Source: an uncultured Gemmatimonadales bacterium
GTDB lineage: Bacteria > Gemmatimonadota > Gemmatimonadetes > Gemmatimonadales > GWC2-71-9
Length of the DNA stretch: 64,000 nucleotides
Reading direction: 5' to 3'
NCBI GenBank assembly: GCA_963748815.1
Contig: CAVVKJ010000005.1
Location: 514,577-578,576 of the forward strand
Below are positions 10,810 to 19,322 of this stretch, piece after piece (position 1 is the first letter of the stretch; the number at the start of each line of letters is the position of its first letter). Under the pieces are notes generated by a model. The model did no database searches, had not been told where the DNA came from, and was given only the letters and a program-made list of their open reading frames with translations. The position numbers were made by a program, and so were the translations under genes.

Positions 10810-11513
10810 CGCTTCGGCGCCCCGGCGGGCCAGGCGGCGTCTCCCACGTCTTCGGCGTGATGCTTGATCGACTTCCCTTCCACCAGGAAGACGACGTCCT
10901 CGCCGATGTTGGTCGCGAGGTCGGCCACCCGCTCCAGGTTGCGGCTGACCAGGAAGAGCTCCATCCCCGCGCCGATGGTGTGCGGGTCCTCCATCATGTG
11001 GGTGAGGAGGATCCGGAACACCGACTTGTGCAGCACGTCCACCTTGTCGTCCCGCCGGCAGACCTCGCGCCCGGCCTGCGAATCGCCCCGGATGAAGGCC
11101 TCGAGCGCGTCGGAGAGCATGTCACGCGCGAGGCGCGCCATCTCGACGATCTCGGGTTCCGGGGCGATGGCGCGCTGGTCCGCCAGGCGCAGCGCCGACT
11201 GCGCGATGTTCACGGCGTGGTCGCCCACCCGCTCGAGGTCGTTGGCGATCTTGAGGGCGGAGGTGAGCATGCGGAGGTCGCGCGCCATCGGCTGCTGCAG
11301 GGCCAGCAGGTTGATGCACATCTCCTCCAGCTCGACTTCCATCCGGTCGATGACCCGGTCGCCGTGGATCACCGTCTCGGCCTTGGCGCTGTCGCGCTCG
11401 AGCAGCGCGTCGACCGCGAGCCCCAGCGCCGCCTCCGCCTCGCCCGACATCGTCAGGAGGCGGATCTTGACCTGGCTCAGGTCGTCGTGAAAATGCCGGT
11501 GGGCCTCGGTCAT
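10806..11513 (-). CDS. phoU: Phosphate signalling protein PhoU
   Basis: [34 protein letters not shown]. Confidence 0.95.
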   Translation of the reverse strand: MTEAHRHFHDDLSQVKIRLLTMSGEAEAALGLAVDALLERDSAKAETVIHGDRVIDRMEVELEEMCINLLALQQPMARDLRMLTSALKIANDLERVGDHAVNIAQSALRLADQRAIAPEPEIVEMARLARDMLSDALEAFIRGDSQAGREVCRRDDKVDVLHKSVFRILLTHMMEDPHTIGAGMELFLVSRNLERVADLATNIGEDVVFLVEGKSIKHHAEDVGDAAWPAGAPKR

Positions 11514-12366
11514 CCGAATCTCCCCGTGATGTACGCCTCGGTGCGCTCCTGCACCGGCGCGGTGAAGAGCTGCTCGGTGTCGCCGAACTCGATCAGCTCG
11601 CCGCGGTCGAAGAAGCCGGTGTAGTCGGACACGCGCGCGGCCTGCTGCATGTTGTGCGTCACGATGACGATGGTGTAGTGCTGCTTCAGCTCGAAGATGA
11701 GTTCCTCGACCTTCTGGGTCGCGATCGGGTCGAGCGCGGAACAGGGCTCGTCCATCAGCAGGACCTCGGGGGCGTTGGCCAGCGCGCGGGCGATGCAGAG
11801 CCGCTGCTGCTGCCCGCCGGAGAGCCCGGTGCCCGGTTCGTGGAGGCGGTCCTTCACCTCGTCCCAGAGGGCGGCCTGCCGCAGGCACCGCTCCACCAGT
11901 TCGGGGAGGTCCCGCCTCGAGCGCCAGCGCGGTTGACGGTCGGGCCGTAGGCCACGTTGTCGAAGATGGACTTCGGGAACGGGTTCGGGCGCTGGAACAC
12001 CATGCCGATCCGCCGTCGCAGGTCCACGAGGTCCCGCCCGGGTCCGTAGATCGGCTGCCCGTCGAGCAGCAGGTCGCCGGAGTGGGTGACGTCGGGAAGC
12101 AGTTCGTGCATCCGGTTGATGGCCCGGAGGAAGGTGGACTTGCCGCAGCCCGACGGGCCGATGATGGCGGTGACGGCGTGCCGCTCCACGCTGAGCGAAA
12201 TCCCCTTGAGCACTTCCGTCGCGCCGTAGGAGAAGCGAAAGTCCCGCGCTTCGACGACCGGCGCCCCGACCGGGTGGGTCCGTGCCGAATCCCGCCGCGG
12301 GGCGAGCGTCGGCCTGAGGCTGGCTGCATGCGGCATGGCCTTCCGTTCGACGAGGGTGGAGGTCAT
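11510..12366 (-). CDS. pstB: Phosphate ABC transporter ATPase (second copy), frameshift near 11910-11935
   Basis: GPSGCGKST and [11 protein letters not shown] in one frame; [23 protein letters not shown] and YITGRFG in another. Confidence 0.92.
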
Positions 12367-13131
12367 CCGAACCGTCCGGTGATGTAGGCTTCGGTCTCTT
12401 CGCGCGCCGGCGAGGTGAACAGTTGCCGCGTGGCGCCCGACTCGACCATCCCGCCCAGGTAGAAGAAGGTGGTCGTGTCCGAGACCCGGGCGGCCTGCTG
12501 CATGTTGTGGGTCACGATGACGATCGTGAACGCCTGCTTCAGCGTGAACAGCAGTTCCTCGATGCGCTGGGTGCCCTGCGGGTCGAGCGACGCGGTCGGC
12601 TCGTCGAGCAGGACGACCTCCGGCTTCGGGGCGATGGTGCGGGCGACGCAGAGCCGCTGCTGCTGCCCGCCGGAGAGGGCGAGGGCGCTGGTGCTGAGCC
12701 GGTCCTTGACCTCGTCCCAGAGCGCAGCGCCGCGCAGCGCCTCCTCGACGGTGACCGCCACCTCCGCCCGCGAGCGCCGCTGCCCCACCCGCAGTCCCGC
12801 CGCCACATTATCGAAGATGGACATCGTCGGAAAGGGGGTGGGCTTCTGGAAGACCATCCCCACCCGGCGCCGCAACTGCATCGGGTTGACCTTGGCGGCG
12901 TAGACGTCCTTGCCGTCCAGCAGAACGCGCCCCGTGATCCACCCCCCCGGCGTCAGCTCGTGCATCCGGTTCAGCGAGCGGAGGAAGGTGGACTTGCCGC
13001 AGCCGGAGGGCCCGATCAGGGCGTGGACCCGGTTGCGCCGTGAAGCCGAGCGTCACGTCCTTCACGGCGGTGACCTTGCCGTACATGGCGCTCAGTCGCT
13101 CGGTGGCAATATGGGCCAGGGGCTCAGCCAT
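12363..13131 (-). CDS. pstB: Phosphate ABC transporter ATPase (first copy), frameshift near 13035
   Basis: [38 protein letters not shown]-terminus MAEPLAH is in an adjacent frame. Confidence 0.92.
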
Positions 13132-13970
13132 GATGGGTGAACTTCCGCCGCGTCGCCAGCCGCGCAGCGATGCTGAGCACCAGGACGACCAGGATCAGCA
13201 CCAGCGCCGTGGCCCACGCCAGCTGGTGCCACTCCTCGTACGGACCGGTGGCGTAGGTGAACACCACCAGCGGCAGGGCCGCCATCGGCTGGTCGAGGTT
13301 GAAGGAGAGATACTGGCTTGCCGAGCGCCGTGAAGAGGAGCGGGGCGGTTTCGCCGGCGACGCGCGCCACCGCCAGCAGGCTGCCGGTCACGATGCCGGG
13401 GAGTGTCGTCCGCACCACGACGGTCAGGCTGGTCCGCCACCGCGAGTACCCGAGCGCGAGCGCCGCCTCGCGGAGCGAGTGCGGCACCAGCTTGATCATC
13501 TCTTCCGTGGTGCGGGTCACCATCGGGATCATGAGAATGGCGAGCGCCACGCTGCCCGCCAGCGCCGAGAAGTGCTTCTGCGAGGCGACGATCCAGGTCC
13601 AGGCGAAGACGCCGACCACGATCGACGGGGTGCCGTTCAGCACGTCCGACACGAACCGGGTGAGCGTGGCTAGCCGGGAGCCGGGGTACTCGGCGCAGTA
13701 GATGCCCGCCCCGATGCCGAGGGGGAGGCCGATGAGGCAGGCGGTGCCCACGATCATCAGGGTGCCGACGATGGCGTGCATGACCCCGCCGCCGGTCTCG
13801 CCGGCTGGCACGGGCAGCTTGGTGAAGAAGGCGAGATTCAGGCTGCCGGCGCCCTTCACGGCGAGCGTGCCGAGGATGAGCAGGAGCGGCAGGACGGCCA
13901 GCACCACGGCCAGTCCCATGAGACCGACCATGACATGGCTCCGGCGGCGGCGGGCGGCGGCGCGGTTCAT
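13124..13970 (-). CDS. pstA: Phosphate ABC transporter permease PstA, frameshift near 13318
   Basis: PSIVVG, LREAALALG, ARVAGETAPLLFTA; C-terminus (DQPMAALP...AWATALVL) is in a shifted frame. Confidence 0.92.
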
Positions 13971-14928
13971 GCCGACTTCCCCCCGCCGTCCCGGGCGACG
14001 CGCCAGATGAGCAGCCGGGCCGCCGCGTTGATCAGGACCGTCACCACGAAGAGCGTCAGCGCCACGTACGACAGCGCCGACAGATGGCATGTTCTCCACC
14101 GCCTCGGCGAACTCATTGGCGATGGCGGCGGCCATCGTGTACCCCGGGGCGAAGAGCGACGCGGCGATTTCATGCCGATTGCCGATGACCATCGTGACGG
14201 CCATCGTTTCGCCGAGCGCACGGCCGAGCCCGAGGATGACGGCGCCGATGATGCCCGACCGGGCGTAAGGGAGCACGGCCCCGGTCAGCGCCTCCCATCG
14301 CGTGGCGCCCAGCGCCATCGCGGCCTCGCGCTGGGTGTTCGGAACCGCCAGCAGCACCTCCCGCGACACCGACATGATGTACGGCATGACCATGATGGCC
14401 AGGATGATCGCGGCCGAGAGCATCGCCGGGGCCGTAGATCGGTCCCTGGAAGAAGGGGAGGAATCCGAGGGTGTCCTTCAGGAACGGATAGACGGTGGCG
14501 CGGAGGAACGGGATCATCACGAAGATGCCCCAGAGTCCGTACACCACGCTCGGAATGGCGGCCAGGAGCTCGATGAGGAAGGCGACGGGGCCGCGGATCT
14601 TCATCGGCGCGAATTCGGTCAGGTAGATCGCGACGCCCAGCGACAGCGGGACGGCAATCAACAGCGCGAGCGCTGAGCTGACGACGGTGCCGAAGATCAG
14701 CGGGAGGGCGCCGAAGCGGCCTTCGACCGGGTCCCATTCACTGCTGGTGAGGAAGCCGAAGCCGAACTCGTGGATGGCCTCCCGGGACCCGACCCACAGC
14801 TCCCAGACCAGGAAGCCGAGAAGGACCGGCACCGCGAGGGCGGCGACCGTCAGCAACGCCTTGAACAGGCGATCGCCGAACCGGGCACCACCCAGCGTCT
14901 GTTCCGGGGCTGGATTCGAATCATCCAT
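13967..14928 (-). CDS. pstC: Phosphate ABC transporter permease PstC, frameshifts near 14428 and 14087
   Basis: FGALPLIFGT, LAAIPSVVYGLWG, GRALGETMAVTMVIGN, IANEFAEA. Confidence 0.92.
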
Positions 14929-14962
14929 AGCGCGGGAACCTACCGGCGGACGGTGGGCGGAC

Positions 14963-14990
14963 GGTCACGGCCGTGTAACGGGAGTGTCAC
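14963..14990 (-). promoter_or_regulatory. Putative PHO box upstream of pstC
   Basis: Three hexamers at exact 11-bp period on the minus strand: GTGACA-n5-GTTACA-n5-GTGACC. Confidence 0.65.
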
Positions 14991-15175
14991 GACGGCTCGT
15001 CCTGAGGGCAGGGGGATTGCTCGGATTCCACGATTTGCCTTGCGCGATCGATTTTCGGGCCGCAGGTTGGCAAGTGGGCCTCGCTCAAGCAGTTCGAGTC
15101 GATCTCCTGGCGGCGATCCCAGCCGAGACGACCACGCCGGAAGTCCATGCGCCCCGATGTCCCTATTGGTGAGGA

Positions 15176-18100
15176 TTGATGCCAGTTCGGCCGCACCCAC
15201 CCAAGAAGAACTTCCGTCACTCGGTGCTGCTGGCCGTGGGGTTGGCCGCGGCGTGCACAGCGGATCCGTCCACGGGACCGGTACCCCAGGACCGGATCTC
15301 GGCGGTGGTCCTTACAGCGCCGAGCCAATACCTGGCACCCGGCGACACCGTCCGGTTCACGGTCCAAGTCATGGATTCCAACGGACGCGTCCTGCCGGAC
15401 GAGCCGGTGACGTGGACCAGCAGCACGCCCAGCGTCGCCCGCGTCAATGGCGAGGGACTGGTCACGGCCGATTCCGTCGGCGCGACCACGATCACCGCCA
15501 CCGCGGGCGGCAAGCACGGAACCGCGGATCTCGCGGTGCAGGTCTTCGAACTCTGCGACTGCACCCGCATTCTCGACTCCACGGCCATGACGCTGGTCTC
15601 ACGCGACGACAGCACCGGGCGGTACGTCTTCCGGGTCGTTCGGGGACCCGCGCCTTCCATCGTGCCCGGCGACATCGTGGTGGGGGCCCAGGGCGTGGGG
15701 TACATCCGGCGGGTGGAGCAAAGTTCGCTCGTTGGAGACGTGCTCACGCTGGAGACGGCGCAGGCGTATGTCGAGGAGGCGGTGCGCGACGGCGGATTCG
15801 CCACCACGGCGTACACCGACGATCCAAGCGGCGCTCCCGCTCCGGGTCGGGGTGCCTGGGTGGGCCCCTGGACCACAACGTACATGGCGCCCGGCGTGCG
15901 GCTCAACCGCGCAGGGCTTTGTTGCACGATGGACGGCCTGTCGATCGGCATCAAGATCGCCCAGGGGCCGGTTGCTGGCTCCGTCGACTTCACGGTCAAG
16001 CAGGGTGGCATCGAGTTCTCCCCGAGGGCAGATATTGGCGCCCGGGTGAGCTGGTTTCAGCTCAAGGAATTCCACTCGATTTTCCAGGGCAACCTTGGCC
16101 TCGATCTTCAGGAGTACGAGCTCAAGGTCGCTCTCACCGGGTCCACAAACGTCACGGAGAAGCTCAGCAAGGAGAGCAAGAGCTTCCTGATTCAACAGCG
16201 CCCCTACGCCACGTTCATCGGGCCGATGCCGGTGCTGATCATCTTCACCAAGAAGCTCTCGCTCGAGATCACGCCGACAGTCAGTGCGAGCGTGACCTTC
16301 ACGGGCAAGTACCATTCGGGTATCGCCCTCTCCGCCGGCGTTCGCTGGGCTGATGGCGGGGGTTGGACCCCGGTCTCCAGTGCCACGCCCTACGATACGG
16401 CGATTGCCCCGCAGTTTCAGGGCGTCGAGGGCTCGGCGTCGGTGAAGATCGCCGTCGTCCCCGAATACAACATGCTCATTTACGGTGCGGTGGGGCCATT
16501 CGTGAACCTGGAGCCCTTCGCCGAACCGGCAGCCTCGGCCGGTTTCACGTTCGCGAATGGCTCCGCCACCGGCCTGAATTGGGCCACGAAGGTCGCAATC
16601 GGACTCAATCTCAACATGGGGGCGAAGCTCTCGGTCTTCGGCCGCAAGGACCTCTTCCAGGTCGGGTTCGCCATCCCGCTCGTGAAACCGCTCGATCTCA
16701 TCCGGGACTTCAGCGACGGACCCCTGACGGTTCGAGCAGAGGCAATCGGGCAGGACCTCCCCGCCTCGTTGGGGGTCAGGCTTCGGCCGGCATTCACGGA
16801 CAAACTCCCGCTTACGGGGCGCCGGGATCTGTCGACATCGACTCGCGACACGCTGGTGGCGGCCAACGACTCGGTCACCCTCGACCGGATTCGCTCGGGG
16901 ACAGGGTTCCCTCATCAGTTGACGCTGACAAACATCCCCGGCAACTGCTACGACTCGCTCGCCAACCCGGATACCGTCTCGATTCGGTCGGCAGCCTTTG
17001 TTGCGCTCGGGAATGCCTCCACTGCTGCGAGGTTCCTGGTCAACTGCATCCCCCTCGGCGGCGTGCGGGTCGCGGCGGTGACGACGGGACCGGATGCCCC
17101 TTCCCGCTATGCGGTGACACTCCTCCGCCGTGACACCGTCGGCGTGGGGAGGGCCACGACGGCCGAGACGGTGAGCGTTTCAGGCGGGCTGGCCGCGTCG
17201 GACACCATCCTCGAGGACTTCGTCCCCCGGAATACCCGCCGAGGGGGCACGGGCCGACTCGACGCGACCCTGAATCCGGGGCGACGGAACTGCGCGGTCG
17301 CCCTGCCGACCACCCACCAACTCGTGGTCCAATCCGGAGACACCGTCTCGTCCCAGTTCCTCGTCACGTGCGTCCCACTCGGGCTGGTCCGCCTTCAGAC
17401 GACGACGGTGGATGCAGATGCGGGCCCGACCTCCGATCCCGTGGAGTTTGTCTCGTCCCTGACCCCGCAGGCCCCCGTCGACACGGTCGCGACGCCGCCA
17501 GGCCCCCTCGCGGCCAACGGCAGCGAGCTCGTGAGTGGCCTGGTGCCGCTCTACAATGCCAGCGGGGCCCCAGGGCGCTACACCGCAGGATTGGGCGATG
17601 CGCCGAATCGGTGCACGGAGCCGGGGACATTCACCCGCACGGTCACGGTCTTCCCCGGCGATACGGCCACGGCGTCGTTCCTCGTGGCATGCGTGGAGCG
17701 GCTCCACGTGGTCACACAGACCACTGGGCCGGGCACCGACCCGGACGGATACCGTATCGTCGTGGAGAACGATGACGGCTCCGCGGACACCGTGGGGACG
17801 GCGATCACCAGCGCCGTAGGCATCGCGGGCGTCGTGCCGGGCGCCCACGTCGTACGACTGGCTGGGGTCGAGTCGAGCTGCGTCGCACCGGCGCCCGCGA
17901 ACGTGGTGGTGGATGGCAGGGATTCGACGCGCGTCACGTTCCACGTCAGCTGTCCGGCTCCGCCCCAACCCACCGGGCTGGTCGCCACGTTGATCGACAG
18001 CAACCGCATTGACCTTGGCTGGACACCGGTGCCGCCCGCCACACCCGTCGCCCTGTATCGAGTCTATCGCGCCGGCGTCCTCCACGATTCGACGGTCGCC

Positions 18101-19321
18101 GCGGCGTACAGCGATCCCGGGTTGCCACCGCACACCACCTTCGTGTACCAGGTCTCGGCGGTCAGTCCGACGGGCCTGGAGGGCGCGAAGAGTGCGCCGC
18201 TCTCGGTCCGGACCCTTGATGGGACCCCACCCACCGCTCCGGCCGGGCTCGTCGCCAGCGCGGTGAGTGGGGCGCGGATCAACCTGAGCTGGCAGTCCGC
18301 GACCGACCCGGAGACAGGCGTGGCGGGATACCAGGTCTTCCGTGACGGGGCGGAGATCGCCAGTTCGACGACGACGGCGTACGCTGACACCGGGCTGGCG
18401 TCAACCACGACGTATACCTATCAGGTCCGGGCGGTGAACGGGGATGGATTGCAGGGGCCGCTCAGCGCCCCGGCCACGGCCACGACCCTTGATGGGACGC
18501 CGCCGACGGCGCCGACGGGGCTCGCGGCGACCCCTGTGAGCGGCACAGCGATCGGATTGGCCTGGTCACCGGCTGCGGACGCCGAGAGCGGGATCGACGG
18601 CTACAACCTCTATCGAGACGGGGTGCTGGTGACCAGCGTCCCCAGCACGACCTTCACGGATACCGGGTTGTTCCCATCCACCTCGTACACGTATACGGTG
18701 AGCGCGACGAACGGCGCGGGGATGGAAGGACCGATGAGCCAGCCATCGACCGCGATGACCTTGCCGGACCAGACCCCCCCGACCGCACCCAGCGGGCTCA
18801 GCGCGCTTGCGGTCAGCAGCAGCCGCATCGATCTGGCGTGGGTCGCTGCTGGAGACGCGGAGAGTGGTATCCAGGCGTACCGCGTCTACCGCGACGGCGT
18901 CCTGGCTTGGACCGGGAGCGGGACGGAATACAGCGATCTGGGATTGAGCCCATCGACGTCCTATACCTACCGGGTCACGGCGGTGAATGGAGCCGGGCTG
19001 GAAGGCCCTGCGAGCACGCCGGTCACCGCCACGACGCCCGGCGCCTCCACGGGTGACCTGCTTATCCTGACCGTCTCGACCGGCAGTCACATTCCGAGTG
19101 AGTACGAAGCCAAGCTGCTCGACACGCACGGTAACATCCTGCAGCGCGTACCCATCGAGGCGAACGGGTCGGTACTCTTTGCGAGCCTCGCGCCGCAGGG
19201 GTACAAGGCGTGGCTCTACTCCGTGCCGTCAAAGTGCACTGTGGCAGGGGCCAACCCCCGCCCGGTGACGGTCGTCGCCGGTGCCGTGACCTCGACGACC
19301 TTCACCGTCACGTGCCGGTAG
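15176..19321 (+). CDS. Large surface lipoprotein: Ig-like (Big_2) domain, Cys-pair repeats and 4 fibronectin type III domains
   Basis: Lipobox LAAAC; VTWTSSTPSVARV..GLVTA; four PTAPxGL...YxVYRDG...YTYxVxAV FN3 units. Confidence 0.85.
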   Translation: MMPVRPHPPKKNFRHSVLLAVGLAAACTADPSTGPVPQDRISAVVLTAPSQYLAPGDTVRFTVQVMDSNGRVLPDEPVTWTSSTPSVARVNGEGLVTADSVGATTITATAGGKHGTADLAVQVFELCDCTRILDSTAMTLVSRDDSTGRYVFRVVRGPAPSIVPGDIVVGAQGVGYIRRVEQSSLVGDVLTLETAQAYVEEAVRDGGFATTAYTDDPSGAPAPGRGAWVGPWTTTYMAPGVRLNRAGLCCTMDGLSIGIKIAQGPVAGSVDFTVKQGGIEFSPRADIGARVSWFQLKEFHSIFQGNLGLDLQEYELKVALTGSTNVTEKLSKESKSFLIQQRPYATFIGPMPVLIIFTKKLSLEITPTVSASVTFTGKYHSGIALSAGVRWADGGGWTPVSSATPYDTAIAPQFQGVEGSASVKIAVVPEYNMLIYGAVGPFVNLEPFAEPAASAGFTFANGSATGLNWATKVAIGLNLNMGAKLSVFGRKDLFQVGFAIPLVKPLDLIRDFSDGPLTVRAEAIGQDLPASLGVRLRPAFTDKLPLTGRRDLSTSTRDTLVAANDSVTLDRIRSGTGFPHQLTLTNIPGNCYDSLANPDTVSIRSAAFVALGNASTAARFLVNCIPLGGVRVAAVTTGPDAPSRYAVTLLRRDTVGVGRATTAETVSVSGGLAASDTILEDFVPRNTRRGGTGRLDATLNPGRRNCAVALPTTHQLVVQSGDTVSSQFLVTCVPLGLVRLQTTTVDADAGPTSDPVEFVSSLTPQAPVDTVATPPGPLAANGSELVSGLVPLYNASGAPGRYTAGLGDAPNRCTEPGTFTRTVTVFPGDTATASFLVACVERLHVVTQTTGPGTDPDGYRIVVENDDGSADTVGTAITSAVGIAGVVPGAHVVRLAGVESSCVAPAPANVVVDGRDSTRVTFHVSCPAPPQPTGLVATLIDSNRIDLGWTPVPPATPVALYRVYRAGVLHDSTVAAAYSDPGLPPHTTFVYQVSAVSPTGLEGAKSAPLSVRTLDGTPPTAPAGLVASAVSGARINLSWQSATDPETGVAGYQVFRDGAEIASSTTTAYADTGLASTTTYTYQVRAVNGDGLQGPLSAPATATTLDGTPPTAPTGLAATPVSGTAIGLAWSPAADAESGIDGYNLYRDGVLVTSVPSTTFTDTGLFPSTSYTYTVSATNGAGMEGPMSQPSTAMTLPDQTPPTAPSGLSALAVSSSRIDLAWVAAGDAESGIQAYRVYRDGVLAWTGSGTEYSDLGLSPSTSYTYRVTAVNGAGLEGPASTPVTATTPGASTGDLLILTVSTGSHIPSEYEAKLLDTHGNILQRVPIEANGSVLFASLAPQGYKAWLYSVPSKCTVAGANPRPVTVVAGAVTSTTFTVTCR

Positions 19322-19322
19322 C

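Noticed and set aside
10806..12329. PstB-PhoU fusion suggested by the 507-aa ORF
   Set aside because: The upstream part is mostly out-of-frame pstB sequence; PhoU has its own ATG at 11513 coupled to the pstB stop
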